This document shows, in pieces, positions 1 to 13,100 of a stretch of DNA of 64,000 bases; position 1 is the stretch's first letter, and every line of letters starts with the position of its first letter. The stretch spans positions 1-64,000 of the forward strand of contig JAUCBJ010001208.1 in assembly GCA_032718475.1 (NCBI GenBank), read 5' to 3'. The stretch is from Nemertoderma westbladi. Taxonomy: Eukaryota; Animalia; Xenacoelomorpha. Below the pieces are notes generated by a model. It had not been told where the DNA came from. It made no database searches and was given only the letters and a program-made list of their open reading frames with translations. Both the position numbers and the translations under genes were made by a program.

Positions 1-1930
1 TTCAATCAGTAAACACATTCAATCAGTAAAAACACATTCAATCAGTAAACACATTCAATCAGTAAACACATTCAATCAGTAAACACATTCAATCAGTAAA
101 CACATTCAATCAGTAAACACATTCAATCAGTAAACACATTCAATCAGTAAATACATTCAATCAGTAAACACATTCAATCAGTAAACACATTCAATCAGTA
201 AACACATTCAATCAGTAAACACATTCAATCAGTAAACACATTCAATCAGTAAACACATTCAATCAGTAAACACATTCAATCAGTAAACACATTCATTCAG
301 CAAACACATTCAATCAGTAAACACATTCAACCAGAAAAAAAATTTAATCAGTAAACACATTCAATCAGTAACCACATTCAATCAGTAAACACATTCAATC
401 AGTAAACACATTCAACCAGTAAACTATTCAATCAGTAAACACATTCAATCAGTAAACAAATTCAATCAGTAAACACATTCAATCAGTACACATTCAATTA
501 GTAAACCCATTCAATCAGTAAACACATTCAATCAGTAAACACATTCAATCAGAAAACACATTCAATCAGTAAACACATTCAATCAGGAAACACATTCAAT
601 CAGTAAACACATTCAATCAGTAAACTCATTCAATCAGTAAACACATTCAATCAGTAAACAAATTCAATCAGTAAACACATTCAATCAGTAAACACATTCA
701 ATCAGTAAACACATTCAATCAGTAAACACATTCAATCAGTAAACACCTTCAATCAGTAAACACATTCAATCTGTAAACACATTCAATCTGTAAACACATT
801 CAATCAGTAAACACATTCAATCAGTAAACTCATTCAATCAGTAAACACATTCAATCAGTAAACAAATTCAATCAGTAAACACATTCAATCAGTAAACACA
901 TTCAATCAGTAAACACATTCAATCAGTAAACACATTCAATCAGTAAACACATTCAATCAGTAAACACATTCAATCAGTAAACACATTCAATCAGTAAACA
1001 CATTCAATCAGTAAACACATTCAATCAGTAAACACATTCAATCAGTAAACACATTCAATCAGTAAACACATTCAATCAGTAAACACATTCAATCAGTAAA
1101 CACATTCAATCAGTAAACACATTCAATCAGTAAACACATTCAATCAGTAAACACATTCAATCAGTAAACACATTCAATCAGTAAACACATTCAATCAGTA
1201 AACACATTCAATCAGTAAACACATTCAATCAGTAAACACATTCAATCAGTAAACACATTCAATCAGTAAACACATTCAATCAGTAAACACATTCAATCAG
1301 TAAACACATTCAATCAGTAAACACATTCAATCAGTAAACACATTCAATCAGTAAACACATTCAATCAGTAAACACATTCAATCCGTAAACACATTCAATC
1401 AGTAAACACATTCAATCAGTAAACACATTCAATCAGTAAACACATTCAATCAGTAAACACATTCAATCAGTAAACACATTCAATCAGTAAACACATTCAA
1501 TCAGTAAACACATTCAATCAGTAAACACATTCAATCAGTAAACACATTCAAACAGTAAACACATTCAATCAGTAAACACATTCAATCAGTAAACACATTC
1601 AATCAGTAAACACATTCAATCAGTAAACATCATTCAATCAGTAAACACATTCAATCAGTAAACACATTCAATCAGTAAACACATTCAATCAGTAAACACA
1701 TTCAATCAGTAAACACATTCAATCAGTAAACACATTCAATCAGTAAACACATTCAATCAGTAAACACATTCAATCAGTAAACACATTCAATCAGTAAACA
1801 CATTCAATCAGTAAACACATTCAATCAGTAAACACATTCAATCAGTAAACACATTCAATCAGTAAACACATTCAATCAGTAAACACATTCAATCTGTAAA
1901 CACATTCAATCAGTAAACACATTCAATCAG
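1..1930. repeat. Tandem satellite of the 17-bp unit TTCAATCAGTAAACACA (>110 copies), running off the window start
   Basis: Directly visible head-to-tail repeats with scattered single-base variants; the array ends at ...ATTCAATCAG 1930. Confidence 0.99.
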
Positions 1931-1959
1931 TTTTGGCACTCTGGTTGTCTAGGTAACTG

Positions 1960-2990
1960 ATGACGGGCATGAAAGGGCTGATTTCATCTTGCAACATACA
2001 AACTAAACGATATAGGATTTCACAGCTCCGCTACCAGATTTATACAATATACATAGCTTTTTACACCCCCGTTTCAATTTCCCCGGGTCCCATCTTGTTC
2101 CTAATATATGTAAAATCAATAGGAATACTTATTAATATAAAAATAATGCAATATGAAGATGATACCCTTACATATTGCTCTCATAAAAACCCACAAGAAG
2201 CGACTCAATTCTTAGCCTTAGAAATTAAACAAATCGAAACTGAACTAAATGCTCTCAACCTAAAATTGAATAATGCAAAAACAGAATTCATGCTAATAAC
2301 ACTACATAAAATTACACCTGATTCCGGTAATATCACTTTAAACCTAAAAAATAATAATAATATCTCTAAAAATAATAACTTAACATCAACAAAAATCATA
2401 AATAAACAACCGGAAAAAATAAAATACTTGGGAATCTTTATCAATAAATTTTTTTTTGGAATGGAGGGAACATATCAAAGAAATCTCGTCCAAAATAAAT
2501 CACGCAATATCAGCTATACGCCAAATAAAGGGTCAGCTAACATAGTCCAGTTCAAACTTAACATATATAACTACTGCTGTGAACTACTAGTTTCTTTACA
2601 CGACAGACATGGCTTCAAATTTTCTCTGTATAATCTTGAAAAAATAGAATATTATGGGTTGCGGGTTTGTAAAAAATTAGAGATATGTCAGGAAAACATC
2701 TGTGGACAAAATCAAAATTACCAACTCTATATTTACGCTACTCGTAAGAAATTTGCAATTAATTTTTTTTATACAAATAAATATTGAATAAGCAAACCAT
2801 TTCAACAAATTAGTCTGCCATTTCTAAGTAATAATAACACAAACACACTCAATCCTAGGACCAATAACATCAAAATTCCAACAACAAAACATAGCATAGC
2901 ATTCTACAGATTTATAGTCAGTACAACACGTATCTGGAACGGCCTACATAAAGAAATTCGTAACATAAAAAAACACATGAGAGAGATGCG
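1960..2990 (+). pseudogene. Degraded non-LTR (LINE) reverse transcriptase fragment
   Basis: ORF 1960-2787 has GPILFLIYV, QYEDDT (decayed YADD), LKLNNAKTEFM and KIKYLGI motifs, then frameshifts into nonsense; TRIWNGL-like C-terminal remnant near 2925-2950. Confidence 0.8.
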
Positions 2991-3612
2991 AAAACGTAAT
3001 TATAATACGTAATTACATAATTCACTTATTATTCAAAATTCAGTGTGAATTCCGTTCATCGTAATTATATGTTATATATTATTGATTTATCCAGTATTAT
3101 AATAATGTAGCGTAATGTACAGTAGTTACTACTGCTGTACTGACTGAGCCCCACTGACGCTTTTACTCCTCCCAATTATGTACCTGCTGTGACCTCAGTT
3201 TTTACCTGGGCGTTTGTGCAATGGTTTTAAATTGAGTATATGGAGAAAAAAAAGAGTATTATTATTACTATTATTATATAATACTATATATATTATAAAT
3301 TTGATCTTTACATGTACTATTAATAATAATTATTCAAATTTTAATAAATTTTAATTAATAATTAACAGAATTTCATGTAAGTAATTAAATGTAAGCTGAT
3401 TGATATCAATAATAAACTGATTGATTTCAATAATAAAGTTATTGATTTCAACACCAAAACTGATTGTATGCGTGACATACTTGATTGTATAAATATTGGA
3501 TTTTGAGTCCTTTGTGATGTTAGGTTTTCGGCCTAGATCTGATGAATAACAATTAAAATAAAAAAAATATGCATAATATATTATTTAGTTGACTAAATAC
3601 AATATCACCTAC

Positions 3613-3810
3613 CATCACATATATCTGTATCAGACACACAGTAACCCCACTTTCCGGAACCTGGAATAAAATTTCCTGCAGTCAGTTCAGTGGGGCACCA
3701 AGGTTGAGTTTCTCCAACTGTTGTACATTTAGTGTATTGGACTCCAAAGTAGTTGAACGGAAAAGCGCAAAACTTGTATGCATCAGTTCCAGAATCAGTA
3801 TAGCATATAT
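3613..3810 (-). CDS. Host exon encoding a fibronectin type II domain
   Basis: Acceptor tgtttAG (3811-3817), donor GTAGGT (3612-3607), 198-nt phase 1-1 exon; peptide CAFPFNYFGVQYTKCT...PWCPT...GKWGYC matches the FN2 pattern. Confidence 0.85.
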
Positions 3811-4877
3811 CTAAACACGGAAACATCATACTTTTATGATTGTGTTGTAATTCTCTGAACTTCAAGGGAATATGAAAAGGATGTGAAATAATGCAGTTTC
3901 ACATTTTTAAGTACCAATCGGTAGTATGTCACTGTAATATATCCAGTGTATCCCTCTTGATGAATATGGTATGAATATGAATAAATTGTCCAACATTAGA
4001 GGATAGGTCTAATTAAAGACCATACTAATGTATTGAGGACAACCGTCAAAAAGACCTAACAACAGTCTGAAAAACTCACCAACAGTCAGAAAGCAGTTCC
4101 AGATAGTCTACCAACAGTCAAGGGCTTCAAAAAATTTCGATTATCTAAATAGGATTCCTTAAATTCGAAATAATCAAAATAATATCAACTGATAGCCGTA
4201 ACTCAGGAAATTATGTCATTCTGTAGTACTGTACTCTGTACTGCAGTAGGCCTACCGAGCTGACAGTTGTTTAACACAGTATTACGGAATCCGGGAATAA
4301 TGGCATGGACGTTTGTCTGATCGCTTCTGAAAGTCCAAAATACCTGCCAACGGTTATATATTATAAAATGATTACCGGTTTTAGTTTGCGGTACCGACAC
4401 AAATTATTGTACAAATTACCGGATTACGTTGCGACAGACTGTTATTTTATCATACTAGTAGCACCGGTACTGGGTACTGCAGTACCAGTAGAAGAAAAAC
4501 TGTGATTCGAACCAGTAACGGATAAGTGGCGTTGGGCAGGTGGGAGCGAATCGGATCGAATACATTTTCCTAATAATATTGAGGCTATGTTGATGGCGAT
4601 ATGTAATTATGCGATTGTAAAATATTGCGGTACGAATTCGTAGGATGCCTGGATGCCGGCATCGGGTATTCTGTCGCATCATAATCCTAAATGCTGCAAT
4701 GCGTGTTGACTTGTGTCAGTACTGCAAACTAACATGATTTTATAAGCCTTATAGAATTATATTCTCTAAATGCCGTGGATTTTCAAAATTTTTATTTTAT
4801 TCGAATTAACTTTGTTAAAAGATTACATTAAGTCCTCATTTGTATTTGCTATATCTATTTGTACGATGATTAGTCAA

Positions 4878-4964
4878 GTGGTTCAGTAGCTCAGTCGGTA
4901 GAGCGTTGGAAATTATATGTAGTGTGTATTGAGTTCGAATCCTAGTAGGTGCGAATTATTTTTT
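4878..4964 (+). ncRNA. tRNA-derived Pol III-like unit (A box, B box, T-run) inside the LTR; not a canonical tRNA
   Basis: A box TAGCTCAGTCGG 4887-4898, B box GAGTTCGAATCC 4931-4942, T-run ~4959-4964; acceptor and anticodon stems do not pair. Confidence 0.65.
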
Positions 4965-5029
4965 GTGCAGAATTTCAACTCATTTAAATTGACCGCTACA
5001 AATTAATTGCATTTGCTCGAAGTAAGATT

Positions 5030-5177
5030 AACCAATGAGACTGTAGTTATTAGATTGTAACCAATGTCGTACAAGTTATATATTTGCTGGACCAATAGCT
5101 ATCTTTAAAAACCTATTAGAACTCATAGAACAATCGAGAATTTTCTCGATTGATTGCGGCACAAATTTGGTATAAAA
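5030..5177 (+). promoter_or_regulatory. Pol II promoter of LTR: three CCAAT boxes and a TATA box
   Basis: ACCAAT at ~5031, ~5060 and ~5091; TATAAAA at 5171-5177; AATAAA at 5311. Confidence 0.6.
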
Positions 5178-7267
5178 GGTGCGATTTCGTTCATTAGTAC
5201 ACCACTTCACACTTTATATCTAAAACCTTCTATATCTCAATCATTCGTGCTTTAGATTATCTTTATTAGTTATCTATTAGTTTCTTGTTACGTTTATGTA
5301 TATCTTCTGTAATAAAGTCAGAATTATCGCTAATCTGCCCTTTTTCTATCTGTTTTACTATACTTCACCACGGTGAACTCAACTGAGGGACAGGATGGCT
5401 GGCTAAACATCGGGCCACAGCAATGAACGGGAACATCTAAGGAATGTAGACAGGAGACAACCCGCAATATCACTCTTAGTTATTCGCCCATCGCCTGAAA
5501 GGTTAGACAGCGTTCGATGCCTTGCTACCTAAGTATAAGACCAAAGATCGAAGGTAGAGGTAGTGACACGCTGTACGCCTAAAATTACATCTAGGGACTG
5601 TACTGTTTTAATTCAGGAAAAAACCGCAGTAGACCTTCATATTCCTACGGGGAGAGGAGAGAGCTCAGGCAGAGATACTAGTACGCAGATAGGACGTAGG
5701 CACACCGGTACAAAGCATACACATTGGTAGGGTGCAGCAAACTGTACGCCTAACTCTTGCTAAGTACAGGTGCGTCTGTGACTATTTGTAGTACAACGGT
5801 GTCCATTGCATTATAACTTGTAGGCCAGGAGGGTTACTGTGTTTCACCTGAATTAGGATTGTACCGTTCAGGCGGTAGGGCAGTTTACGGCTAGGCGCAA
5901 ATAAATTGAGGCTAATTAGGGATACTAACATCTACCGTGTCCCCGCCGACATCCTGATAGGAAGTTACCAAGCCCACCTAGGTAACCAAAATTCTAGATA
6001 GGACGCCAGGCTAGCTATTAGTAATTGTACGCCTACTGTAGTAAACTAACACATTTCTTCTTAGTATTAGGGACCTGGTAAATAAAATTGCCGAATTCTG
6101 GGCGTAGTATTAACCTTATGCCTGAATTTGAGTCCTGGAAATACATGAAAGGGGAAGGAGCCTTATCATTCGTGAGTATTGGACCTACAAGTTATAAAAT
6201 TAGAATATTTGCAAAATGCACACCGTACCCAGTAATTATATATATGAAGGAGCAAAACTGATCTTGACGGTTCAGAATTAACACACGCGCGTTAGAAATT
6301 ATTTACACCTCAAAATATATAAAATTAACTTTTGTCCGTACTGCGCTTTGCCCGCTAGTTAGACATCTCCAGATCTCTGCACCTAGCTAGCGTCCTTTTC
6401 GCCCAACCATATAAATCACACCGCGGCAAAGTATACGAGCCCCTTAGTCCGTCAGTGAGTCAGCCTGATTTTAGCGCGCGGGATTTTGTTTTATCGAAGT
6501 TTGTCCGTTCGTAGACTGTTTTCTGCCTCACCGGTTATAAGAGACCGATACTGCAATATATTCGCTTACTTGGAGTTTACTGTTTTGGTGAGAAGGTCGG
6601 ATTTATGATTTGATTCACAAACTTTATAGTATGATATTGCAGGATTCGTGTATTTGTTACTGTCTCTTCATATAGTAGGAATATGTTTTACTGAACTACG
6701 GTTCGGTAGGACTAAAGTTATTTGAAAATTTTGTATTTTGAGGTAAAAATTTATATTTGATTGGCTGAGTGCTAATTTTTTGAAATAAAATTTGATTTGA
6801 ACCGCGTGTAAAATATTTTGGAATTGAATACCGGTGTTTAAAAGGGTTTAAATACCATATTGTACCGGTACAAAATTTTTCGTAAAAGTAAAACCTAACT
6901 CTTTTGTTTTTCAGGATTCAGAACTCATTTCTAGACTGTAACGAGAGCAAGACCGTGTTTAGCAAGTTTGGGAGATAGATAACCCAACAACTTTGGTTGG
7001 GAAAATCGCACTTCGTCTGCAACGCTGGAAACGGAAAGGTTCACGTCCGGTTTGTATCTGGGAATTTGTTTTTCTGGAGAATCATTGGAGTGGGTGAGTT
7101 TGAAAAGTTGCATAAATAAGTTAGGCATTACCGTATTAGTTAAAAATTATTGTGGGTTCCACTGTCTCAAGTATTTATGCATTCTGTACGATTTCTTTGT
7201 TCATTGCTGAATTAGTCCGTATTATTGTATTTAATTTACCTTTTGATAACGCATATCGTTATCCGAT

Positions 7268-7392
7268 TTATTTGTTATAAAATTGGCCGCTAGGCTAATT
7301 TTATTATCCGTGACATTTATTTGCTGTAAAATTGGCCGTTTAGGCTAATTTTATCCATTTGCTATAAAATCGGCCGGTAGACTAATTTTATA
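7268..7392. repeat. Three imperfect ~40-50-bp repeats in the outer element's 5' UTR
   Basis: Core ATTTGYTRTAAAATYGGCCGNTAGRCTAATTTTA seen three times. Confidence 0.75.
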
Positions 7393-7477
7393 TGACTGTA
7401 ATTAGTACCGTTTAAATATAAATATGGTAAATTTGATACTTTGACACTCACATTTTACTTGACTTACAACTACCGAA

Positions 7478-7860
7478 ATGAGTGACAAACAAGACTATAC
7501 GAAGAATACACCTACCGACTATGACTCATGTGACGCGGATAAGTCAGCAGCGGAAGAACTACAGGGGAAGACTCGCGAGCCTACCGAACCTACACCGTGT
7601 GCGTCACCAGTACATCCAACGGGAGTACCGGATGCCGTAGTACGAGGCGACGGCAGGACCGAGGACTTTCTAACTGTTCCGCAACCTAGATACAGGGAAA
7701 CGGACATGGTAAGTTCAGCAGGAAGCCAGGAGAGCGTAGTTAGAAGCGTCGGAGGATACATGGCGCATATTACCAGGAGTATTGGAGAAGGCCAACGCAT
7801 ATTAGACGAGTTGACCGCTCCGATGTCTCGGTTTGAGTTCTACACCCTCCAGGTTAGAGT
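7478..7860 (+). pseudogene. gag: N-terminus of outer element Gag, interrupted by the inner element
   Basis: SSAGSQESVVRSVGGYMAHIT is homologous to inner-element SSLDSQ...RSAGGYMAQIT; the ORF runs into the inner LTR at 7861. Confidence 0.8.
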
Positions 7861-9204
7861 TGTATTGTATTTGGTAAGAGTATAAAAAATTTATTTTATA
7901 ATCATTATATTGTTCCGATAACTTCTACTGTACGTTTAAAGTATAAAACCTATTCTATACCTATATTCTACTATATTAATTAACGAAAATCTTATGGATT
8001 CTCTTTAAAGTTAAGTTTGTTTCAGTTCCTTTACTTACTGCAGTAGAAATACTGTACGATTTATTATGTGAAATACTACCTGATTATATGATAAATCACC
8101 AGTAGGTTAATTGTCCAGTATCTATAATTATTTCCAGATTATTATTATTATACAGTACAGTATAACTAAGCCCTGCTGGAGGTATTTTCAAATTAAGGCT
8201 TTTTAAACATGATTAGCCAATGACAGCCTTTGAATTCTTTATGCTTGTTTCAATGTAGAATTGAAGTTATATATATTCATTCATTACTCTGTTACTGCAT
8301 TAAGTACCGCAGTACCGGTACGTTATATGGTTTAATCTTTTACATTTGGACGTGTATTTAAATTTTGACAGTGTTGTTTTGCATTCAGATGTCTGATGTC
8401 TGGATGTCTTTGATATAAAACTGTGATACTGTGATACGATATTCAATATAATGTCTTAGTCGATTAGAACACGTTCAATAACATTGTTGTTCCTGATTAA
8501 CGGATCAGATCGCATTCTGACATGAGTCAATTATCGAAAACATTCGCGATGTCCGGCTAAGATTAGCTGCGGTGTGGTGAGGCCGGCAATGGGATGTGGG
8601 ACATCAGTGGCGGTACGGAAGCAAAATTGGACTATCAGGGAAGTTGATCGAACCATTAGGCATAAGTTTGGGCTCGCTAAAATTGGATTAGTAACTGTCA
8701 ATCAATTGCCCCTGAGTGCTAAGGCTGTAGGCCAATTGGTGAAGGGGTTAGATTATAGTTTTCAGAGGCCCCTATATTGATTTATAATTCATGTACCGCC
8801 AGACCGGTAGCTAGGTCTACCATAACACGTTAGGAATTCTAACTTACTAATTTTCTAATAATTATTTTAGATAGTTTGTGATCATTCTTAGGCCCTACGG
8901 ATAAATTGGTGGTTATTATAGCGCTGAGGGAACATTTGGGATGGTAAAATAGTTAGGCCATTTAATTATTTCTTTCTCAGCCCTAGTATCCTAAATTCCG
9001 TATAGATTGACAACCAAACTGTTGTAAGTATAAAATTTATTTATTTGTTTATACATATTTTGAAAGATAAAAAATTAGTATTTGCTCGTTTTGGGATTAG
9101 TTAGAAGAGCCTACTGGTCTAGCATGAATTACGAATTTTCAGCCATAATTGCTGTACATTCTGATATAGGTTTGGTTTATTATTTTGGTTGCTGGTGTTT
9201 TACA
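7861..9204 (+). repeat. 5' LTR of inner element (right end inferred at ...TTTTACA 9204)
   Basis: First 812 bp duplicated at 15527-16338; the end is chosen from TGTA...TACA symmetry and a downstream GTA...TATG context like the outer element's. Confidence 0.7.
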
Positions 9205-10114
9205 GTACTTTATATGTTAGCCTTTACTGCCTGCCAAAATCGAACGACAAATATCTATTGAACTTACTTATTGTGAGCGCTGCTGTAAAAAGGTGTTGAG
9301 GTCTCCACCATTGAATTAAAACATTTACTCGCAATAGCGATAGCTTTCCCTCAGTTTTGATCTCGGTTAATTCTGCCCTTTCGGGGGATTTGGGATTGCA
9401 CTTAACAGAAATCAATATAAAAATAAATCCCAGCTGATTTACAAAATACTTAGCAAATAACATTTTTAGAAAATAATCAGTCTTTCTGTAATTATTCCGT
9501 TTTGCAGAAATACAAAATATTTTCTGGGATTAAAATATCAGCTCCAAAATTATGTAAAGGAGGTTGAATAGATATTAGGTAGCCAAAAAGGTTAAAAATT
9601 TAAATTTAAAGTTTATTTGCAGGAAATAAAATTAGTAGGCGCCGTTTAAAGTTTCTATACGACTTTCAGGTACAGAGGGAGACTTTCCAACTGATTCTGG
9701 GATCTGTTGATGTTTACGAGTTTGGTACAAAAAAGAAGTTTGCAGAATGAAAATCTGCAGCTCAGATTGGGACGCGAGGAAAATTGAAACTGCTCCTGGG
9801 GTTAGTTGCATTACCTGTATCTCTGTGTCTGTGAGACCTGTGAAAGTTTTGCGGCAAGTTAATTTTATGATTTATTTAAATGCTTCCAGTTTGTCCACTA
9901 TGTTTTAAGAACTCCACATCTTTGCCGTGCTGGGAAACCGTTACGCCTATTATATTTGTGTATAAAAAATATAATATTTGAAGGAAATATTAAAAATATT
10001 TTAGAAATTTTACCGCTGTAGAAGCAGCACAACTTCAAGTAAAATTAGAAAATATATTTAGATATATACTGTCCAGAAGGTTATACAGAAATACAGAATT
10101 AAAATTTACCGACC

Positions 10115-13100
10115 ATGAGTATGCATAGGACATCGACTATACAGGACATAACTCTAGTAGGTTCTGACTCAAACGATGACGAAATAGAGGAGGTGGTGAG
10201 AGTAAGTAGTTTAGATTCACAAAGAGGGCCACCGATAAGTAGGAGTGCTGGTGGGTATATGGCACAAATTACAAAGTGCACAAACAAGGTAATTACATTA
10301 TTATTACAAGAGGGTGCTACATTAGACAGACAAAAACTTTTGGAGTTACAAGGTAAGTTTAACACCCAGATGATCCATCCAGTAGCTGAACTACAAGCTC
10401 TTGTGGATAGAGCAGAAAAATATCAAGAGAATAAAACCCTGACTTTCTTATTCGAGAAATTGAAAAAGGCAAGAGTGAGTTATATAAGAGTAATTGAACA
10501 CTTTTCCCAAATTCGTAATACACGATGGAGCGAAGCAGTTTGTGAATCTCTAACAGTCAATGAAGTCGAGTTTAGAGAATCAGAGAAACGTATTGTGGTT
10601 GAGACTCAGCATCGAGTTACTAAATTAACCCGTTACTTAAGTAAGAGAGGAGTAGTTATCATTGGATTACCATTGCCATTAACTGCAAACCAAGAGACAG
10701 TGAGTGGGTTAAACAGTGGAGCGGAAGTTTTATCTGTTGCCAGCCAAAGCACAACAAGGTCGCGACGAAGTACGAGTGTAGTATGTAGTCGGAGTTCGAT
10801 AACAGAATCACAAAAGGCCCTGCGAGCATTCACAGAACGAGATAGACTAATTGCAGTTGAAGAGAGAAAGCTCGAAGTAGAGGAAGCGCGTAGGCAGGAA
10901 GTTGAACTCGCTGAAGAGGAGATACATAAATTAGCAGCACAAGAAGCAGATTTAAAGCAGCAAGAGCAGCATGAGGAAGCAGCAGCTAAATTTAGGCGTG
11001 AAGCACAAGCTGCAGCCCAAGAAGCAGAGCATTTGCGTGATGAATTGCAGAGGCAACAGCGTGAAGCAGCGGCAAATTTAGCGCATCAACATGCACTGAG
11101 ACGCGCACAAGTAGACGAAAAGCGAAGAGAATTAGAATTAAAGCAACGAAGGCGTATCCATGAGATTGAAATGCAACATAAGCGAGCTCAGTTGCAAGAT
11201 GCACGGCTTGAGTTGGTAAATGATAGGCAGCAGTATGAAGAAAGAAGAAGAATTGCGAAACTCATAAAACGCGAGATTGGGATACGTTTACATATAACCT
11301 ATTGGACTGATGCCACTTTAGTATTAATGTACTTAAATATTGATGATGTACAATTTAAGACATTTGTTGCAAATCGGAAAGCCGAGATTTTAGATTTTAC
11401 TATCAAAGAAGACTGGCGTCACTGTCCGGGTGATCGCAACCCCGCAGACATTGCCTCGCGAGGAATGATGCCGACGGAGTTTTGTCAACCAGATAATCAA
11501 GATTTCTGGCTGCATGGACCCAAATTCTTAAGGAAGTCAACAGAGCATTGGCCTCCAATCTTTCACTGCCACTTACATAAACTTCCACCGGAAGCGGAGA
11601 TTAAGATCGAGAAAGTAAAGAAGTCAAAGGCGAAGGCCACAGGTTTATCCCATATACCAACATTATTGACTGATCAGGTAATGTCAAATAATTATATGGA
11701 GCGGCCGAGAAATGCCATGAGTGAACAGATGTTAGACAGAAATGAGATTACGTCCCGTACCACATTATATAATCTAAGATCGCGAGTGACACATACAAGT
11801 GATATAGTTCCTACGTCGTTACCACCGCCAAATCCGCCAGATTCAGATATTAATTTAGAGATTGAGTCCGAAGTTGACCTAGCCCTAGATATATCAGACG
11901 ACGATGAATATATTGACATGCATCCAGTTCCTGGTGATGAAAAATTCGATGAAGTAAAAGCGATATTTCTAGAATCACCCTTGACCAATAGTAAGCAAGA
12001 TCTTGTAAAAAATGTGGCATCACAGCCACCGCCTAATGTTATGGTAACACAACCACTTAACAGTAATTTAAGGAATTTCTTTGACAGGTTAGTAAATTCC
12101 AGTTCATCTTGGCTAAAGCTATGTAGGAAAGCCGCTTGGATCAGTAGACTTAGTAAATTCTTGGGTAAATCAAAGGAATACTCACTATCTGATTGGAGAC
12201 AAAGGGTTATTAGAGGATTTCCCAGGAGACTATCTATCGAGGAAATAGACCAGGCGGAATTGAAGATCATCCTTCATTTTCAGCTGCGAAGTTACACCCG
12301 TGAGTACAACGCCATTATGATTAAGAAAGCGGTTACTTCTTCCCCATTAGTCAGGTTGAGCCCGACCATACACAAAGGACTGCTTTGTCACAGGTCTAGA
12401 TTACAAGCTACAGACCTAGCACGAGACTTCATATATCAAATTATAATCCCGGCATACTTAGAATTACAATGCGCCATGATATGGGATGCTCACTTGAAGC
12501 TGAAACATGCTGGCCGTTCACATTGCATCTCTTTGTTAAGACAACGTTTTATTTTAATAAAACCAACAAAGGCATTAAATACAGTTCTATCAAACTGTAT
12601 AGTTTGTAAAAAGTTGAACGCACGCATTACCCAGCAACAAATGAGTGAACTACCCTTAGCTAGAGTGCAGTCACACCAATCACCATTTACCCATACGGGA
12701 CTGGATTGTTTTGGTCCAATCCTCACAAAGCGTGCACGGTCGATGGTAAAACGTTGGGGTGTCATATTCATTTGTATGGCATCCCGTGCGGTACACATTG
12801 AACGCGTCACAGACATGTCCACAAATGCCTTATTACTTGCTTTGCGTCGGTTCATAGCCAGACGCGGGTTGGTTCAGGCTTTCTCTAGTGACCAAGGTAC
12901 GAACTTTGTCGGTGGGGACAACGAGATTAATAAATCTCTTAATACTATTGACCATGATAAAATTGCTGCCGAATTAATACCCAGTCGTATCACATGGAAC
13001 TTTAACACGGCTGACAGCCCCTGGAGAGGCGGTAGCTGGGAGCGTCTTATACGATCCATAAAATTGGCGTTCCATAAGACCATCCCACCGAACAAAGTAC

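Larger units (their letters stand above)
4750..6674 (+). repeat. 5' LTR of outer BEL element (1925 bp; TATA...TATA ends)
   Basis: Matches 22320-24251 apart from a few substitutions and one net 7-bp indel. Confidence 0.95.

Noticed and set aside
1-1930. CRISPR-like array
   Set aside because: Head-to-tail repeats without unique spacers, in eukaryotic context.
1975-1975. Hammerhead ribozyme core CTGATGA...GAAA just upstream (about 1957-1974)
   Set aside because: No stem II or flanking stems can be formed.
3481-3538. Possible 58-nt exon downstream of the FN2 exon (minus strand)
   Set aside because: Splice sites are plausible but the peptide has no recognisable domain; not supportable alone.
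4878-4952. Functional tRNA gene (also 22448 and 63285)
   Set aside because: Acceptor and anticodon stems do not pair; reported only as tRNA-derived boxes.
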